Below are positions 62,507-64,000 of a stretch of DNA of 64,000 nucleotides, one piece after another. The stretch is taken from positions 9,148 to 73,147 of the forward strand of contig VBMV01000058.1 in assembly GCA_005878835.1 (NCBI GenBank). The letters are read 5' to 3'. Position numbers and translations under genes: made by a program. Each line of letters begins with the position of its first letter. The first letter of the stretch is position 1. The notes under the pieces are model-generated. The model made no database searches, was not told the DNA's origin, and worked only from the letters and a program-made list of their open reading frames with translations. Source of the stretch: Gammaproteobacteria bacterium (lineage in GTDB: Bacteria > Pseudomonadota > Gammaproteobacteria > Steroidobacterales > Steroidobacteraceae).

Positions 62507-62562
62507 ATGGCTATCGGTCGAAGGGGAGGGGTCCGGCGGGCTTCCCTTGGTGCTTCAAGGCG

Positions 62563-63765
62563 TTACGACCAGCGATACACCCGCGTCACGAACCCCCTGG
62601 CGTAGGTGTTGGGGCCCGGCGGCAGCTCGACGAAGCCACCCGTCCGGGCGAGAGCCGTGAAGTCTCCGGAGCCGTTGGTGGGCGCTGGCGCCGCCCAGGT
62701 CCGCCCCCAGTCGTCCTGCTCGAAGCGTACCGGCAGGAAGTGCGTGAGCGGCGGGGTCACGGTCACGGGCGCACCGAGCGCGACGCGCTCCACCGGCTGC
62801 GGATTCTGGCCGAGGCTGCCGCACAGCGCCGGCAGGACGTAGCGCGTCAGGCACACCAGCGTCGAGACCGGGTTGCCGGGCAGGCCGAACACGGCGGCTC
62901 CCGAGGGCGCGACGCCGAACCACAGCGGTTTCCCGGGCCGTTGCGCCACCTTGTGAAAGATCGCCCGCACGCCGAGCTCTTCCAGCACTTTGGGCACGAG
63001 GTCGAACCTGCCCATCGACACCCCGCCCGACAGCACCAGCACGTCGTGGGTCTCCAGGTGAAACTTGAGCCGCTCGCGCAGCTCGCGGGGATCGTCCTGG
63101 AGGTGATCGTCGGCGACGCGTTGAAAGCCGCGCTCGCGCAGCGCACTCACGATCGCGTAGGCGTTCGAGCGGCGCACCTGGTGAGCGAGCACCGGCTGCC
63201 CGGGCTCGACCAGCTCATTCCCGGTGGAGATCACGGCGAGCATCGGCTGACTGCTCACGCGGATGCGTGCCATGCCGGCGGAGGCGGCGATGGCGATTTC
63301 CGGGGCGCGCAGCCGCAGGCCCGACGACAGCAGCAGTGTCCCCTGGCGCGTGTCGCTGCCGCGTCGGTGAACGTGCTGCCAGGGCTCGACTCGCGTGCCC
63401 GGCGCGAGCGCCACCTGCCCGCGCGCGACCGTGAGCTCCTCGACGGGTATCACGCTGTTGCAGCCGAGCGGCAGCACCGCGCCGGTCATGACTTCGATAC
63501 AGTCACCGGCGGCGGCGAGCGTCAGCGGCGGGTCGCCGGCGGCCTGCGTGCCCTGCACGCGGAACGAGCGCGTGCCGGCGCCGACCGTGTTGCTGTCGAG
63601 CGCCACGCCATCCATGGCGACGCGGTCGAAAGGCGGCTGGTCGCGCTCGGCGTAGATGTTCTCGCGCAGCACCGTGCCGGCGCATTGCGCCAGCGGCAGC
63701 GACTCGATCGGCAGGCACTGCAGGTGCTGCCCGATCAGCAGGTCCGCCTCGGTGGGTGTGAGCAC
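62563..63765 (-). CDS. moeA: Molybdopterin molybdenumtransferase MoeA
   Basis: Motifs PFDRVAMDGVAL, ISTGNELV, LSGGVSMGRFD, KPGKPLWFG and GLPGNPVS. GTG start. Confidence 0.93.
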   Translation of the reverse strand: MLTPTEADLLIGQHLQCLPIESLPLAQCAGTVLRENIYAERDQPPFDRVAMDGVALDSNTVGAGTRSFRVQGTQAAGDPPLTLAAAGDCIEVMTGAVLPLGCNSVIPVEELTVARGQVALAPGTRVEPWQHVHRRGSDTRQGTLLLSSGLRLRAPEIAIAASAGMARIRVSSQPMLAVISTGNELVEPGQPVLAHQVRRSNAYAIVSALRERGFQRVADDHLQDDPRELRERLKFHLETHDVLVLSGGVSMGRFDLVPKVLEELGVRAIFHKVAQRPGKPLWFGVAPSGAAVFGLPGNPVSTLVCLTRYVLPALCGSLGQNPQPVERVALGAPVTVTPPLTHFLPVRFEQDDWGRTWAAPAPTNGSGDFTALARTGGFVELPPGPNTYARGFVTRVYRWS

Positions 63766-64000
63766 TCAGCTCTTCTTGTCGGTCCGCGCCTTGAAGACCT
63801 TCACTTGCTCGTTGAAACGGTCCGCTACGTTCTGCAGCTGATCGATCGCGGCGTTGTGTTTCTGCGCTTCGACCTTCTGCATGTCGGCCTTTTGCTGCGG
63901 CTTGAGCTGGTCGCCCCCGTTGGCGATGGCGGCGTCGAGCTCGCGGTCGATGCAGGCCACGTAGTCGTTGATCGCCTTGTCGTAGGCCTTGACCGCCTTC
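63766..64000 (-). CDS. Hypothetical Lys/Gln-rich coiled-coil protein (5' partial; frame open to window end)
   Basis: The frame continues beyond nt 63960 to the window edge (KAVKAYDKAINDYVACIDRELD...). The TGA stop abuts the moeA GTG. I recognise no family. Confidence 0.4.
   Translation of the reverse strand, partial: KAVKAYDKAINDYVACIDRELDAAIANGGDQLKPQQKADMQKVEAQKHNAAIDQLQNVADRFNEQVKVFKARTDKKS

Noticed and set aside
62404-62562. Possible Moco riboswitch in the moeA-moaA spacer / moaA leader.
   Set aside because: Depending on the true moaA start, only about 55-160 nt are available. I could see small hairpins (GGTGC-N9-GCACC, for example) but not the conserved Moco motif architecture. This needs a covariance-model scan (Rfam RF01055) before any claim.

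Overview
The window is a very GC-rich stretch (by eye; not computed) of what looks like a proteobacterial chromosome. It is densely packed, with about 53 protein-coding genes, many joined by 1-13 nt start/stop overlaps. I found no rRNA, tRNA or CRISPR array. Most long ORFs in the six-frame track that lie opposite a recognisable gene are Arg/Gly/Ala/His-rich GC artefacts.

Content from left to right:
- 1-4.5 kb: a 5'-partial REC-GGDEF-EAL response regulator, a stand-alone glcF, and an APC permease.
- 4.6-18.8 kb: an uninterrupted efflux block. It holds a YbhGFSR-like ABC system, a TetA-like MFS pump, an AcrAB-like RND pair plus a small membrane protein, one NodT-type outer-membrane factor, and an EmrA-like adaptor with no pump.
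- 18.8-21.1 kb: a truncated IS630-type transposase remnant, an AT-richer patch, and a di-heme (DUF1111-type) oxidoreductase.
- 21.1-26.0 kb: an Lrp/AsnC regulator, a small DUF6356-like gene, a NYN-LOTUS protein, folE, typA/bipA and a DUF2721-like gene.
- 26.2-31.0 kb: a tightly overlapped operon of a Rieske oxygenase, a PYROXD2-like flavoprotein, a TetR regulator and an APC permease, followed by an ABC exporter.
- 33.5-43.5 kb: the trehalose/alpha-glucan block glgB-treS/mak-treZ-treY.
- 43.6-50.3 kb: a HAMP-GGDEF-EAL sensor, gabT coupled to an orphan 2x[2Fe-2S] subunit, a TrxR-type ferredoxin-NADP reductase, and azurin.
- 50.4-64.0 kb: tesB, a CpcT-like protein, an htpX-FAD oxidase-hydrolase string, an acidic protein coupled to a VIT1-family transporter, proBA, and the Moco cluster moeA-moaA-moaC-mobA::moaD-moaE.

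I see no clear defence, toxin or secretion system. The most interesting candidates for undescribed biology are:
- the Rieske/PYROXD2-like/TetR/permease operon;
- the orphan [2Fe-2S]-gabT / FNR-azurin redox locus;
- the acidic-protein/VIT pair;
- the pump-less OMF-EmrA pair next to the IS remnant;
- the MobA-MoaD fusion.

All family assignments rest on motif and alignment recognition by eye. No database search was run.
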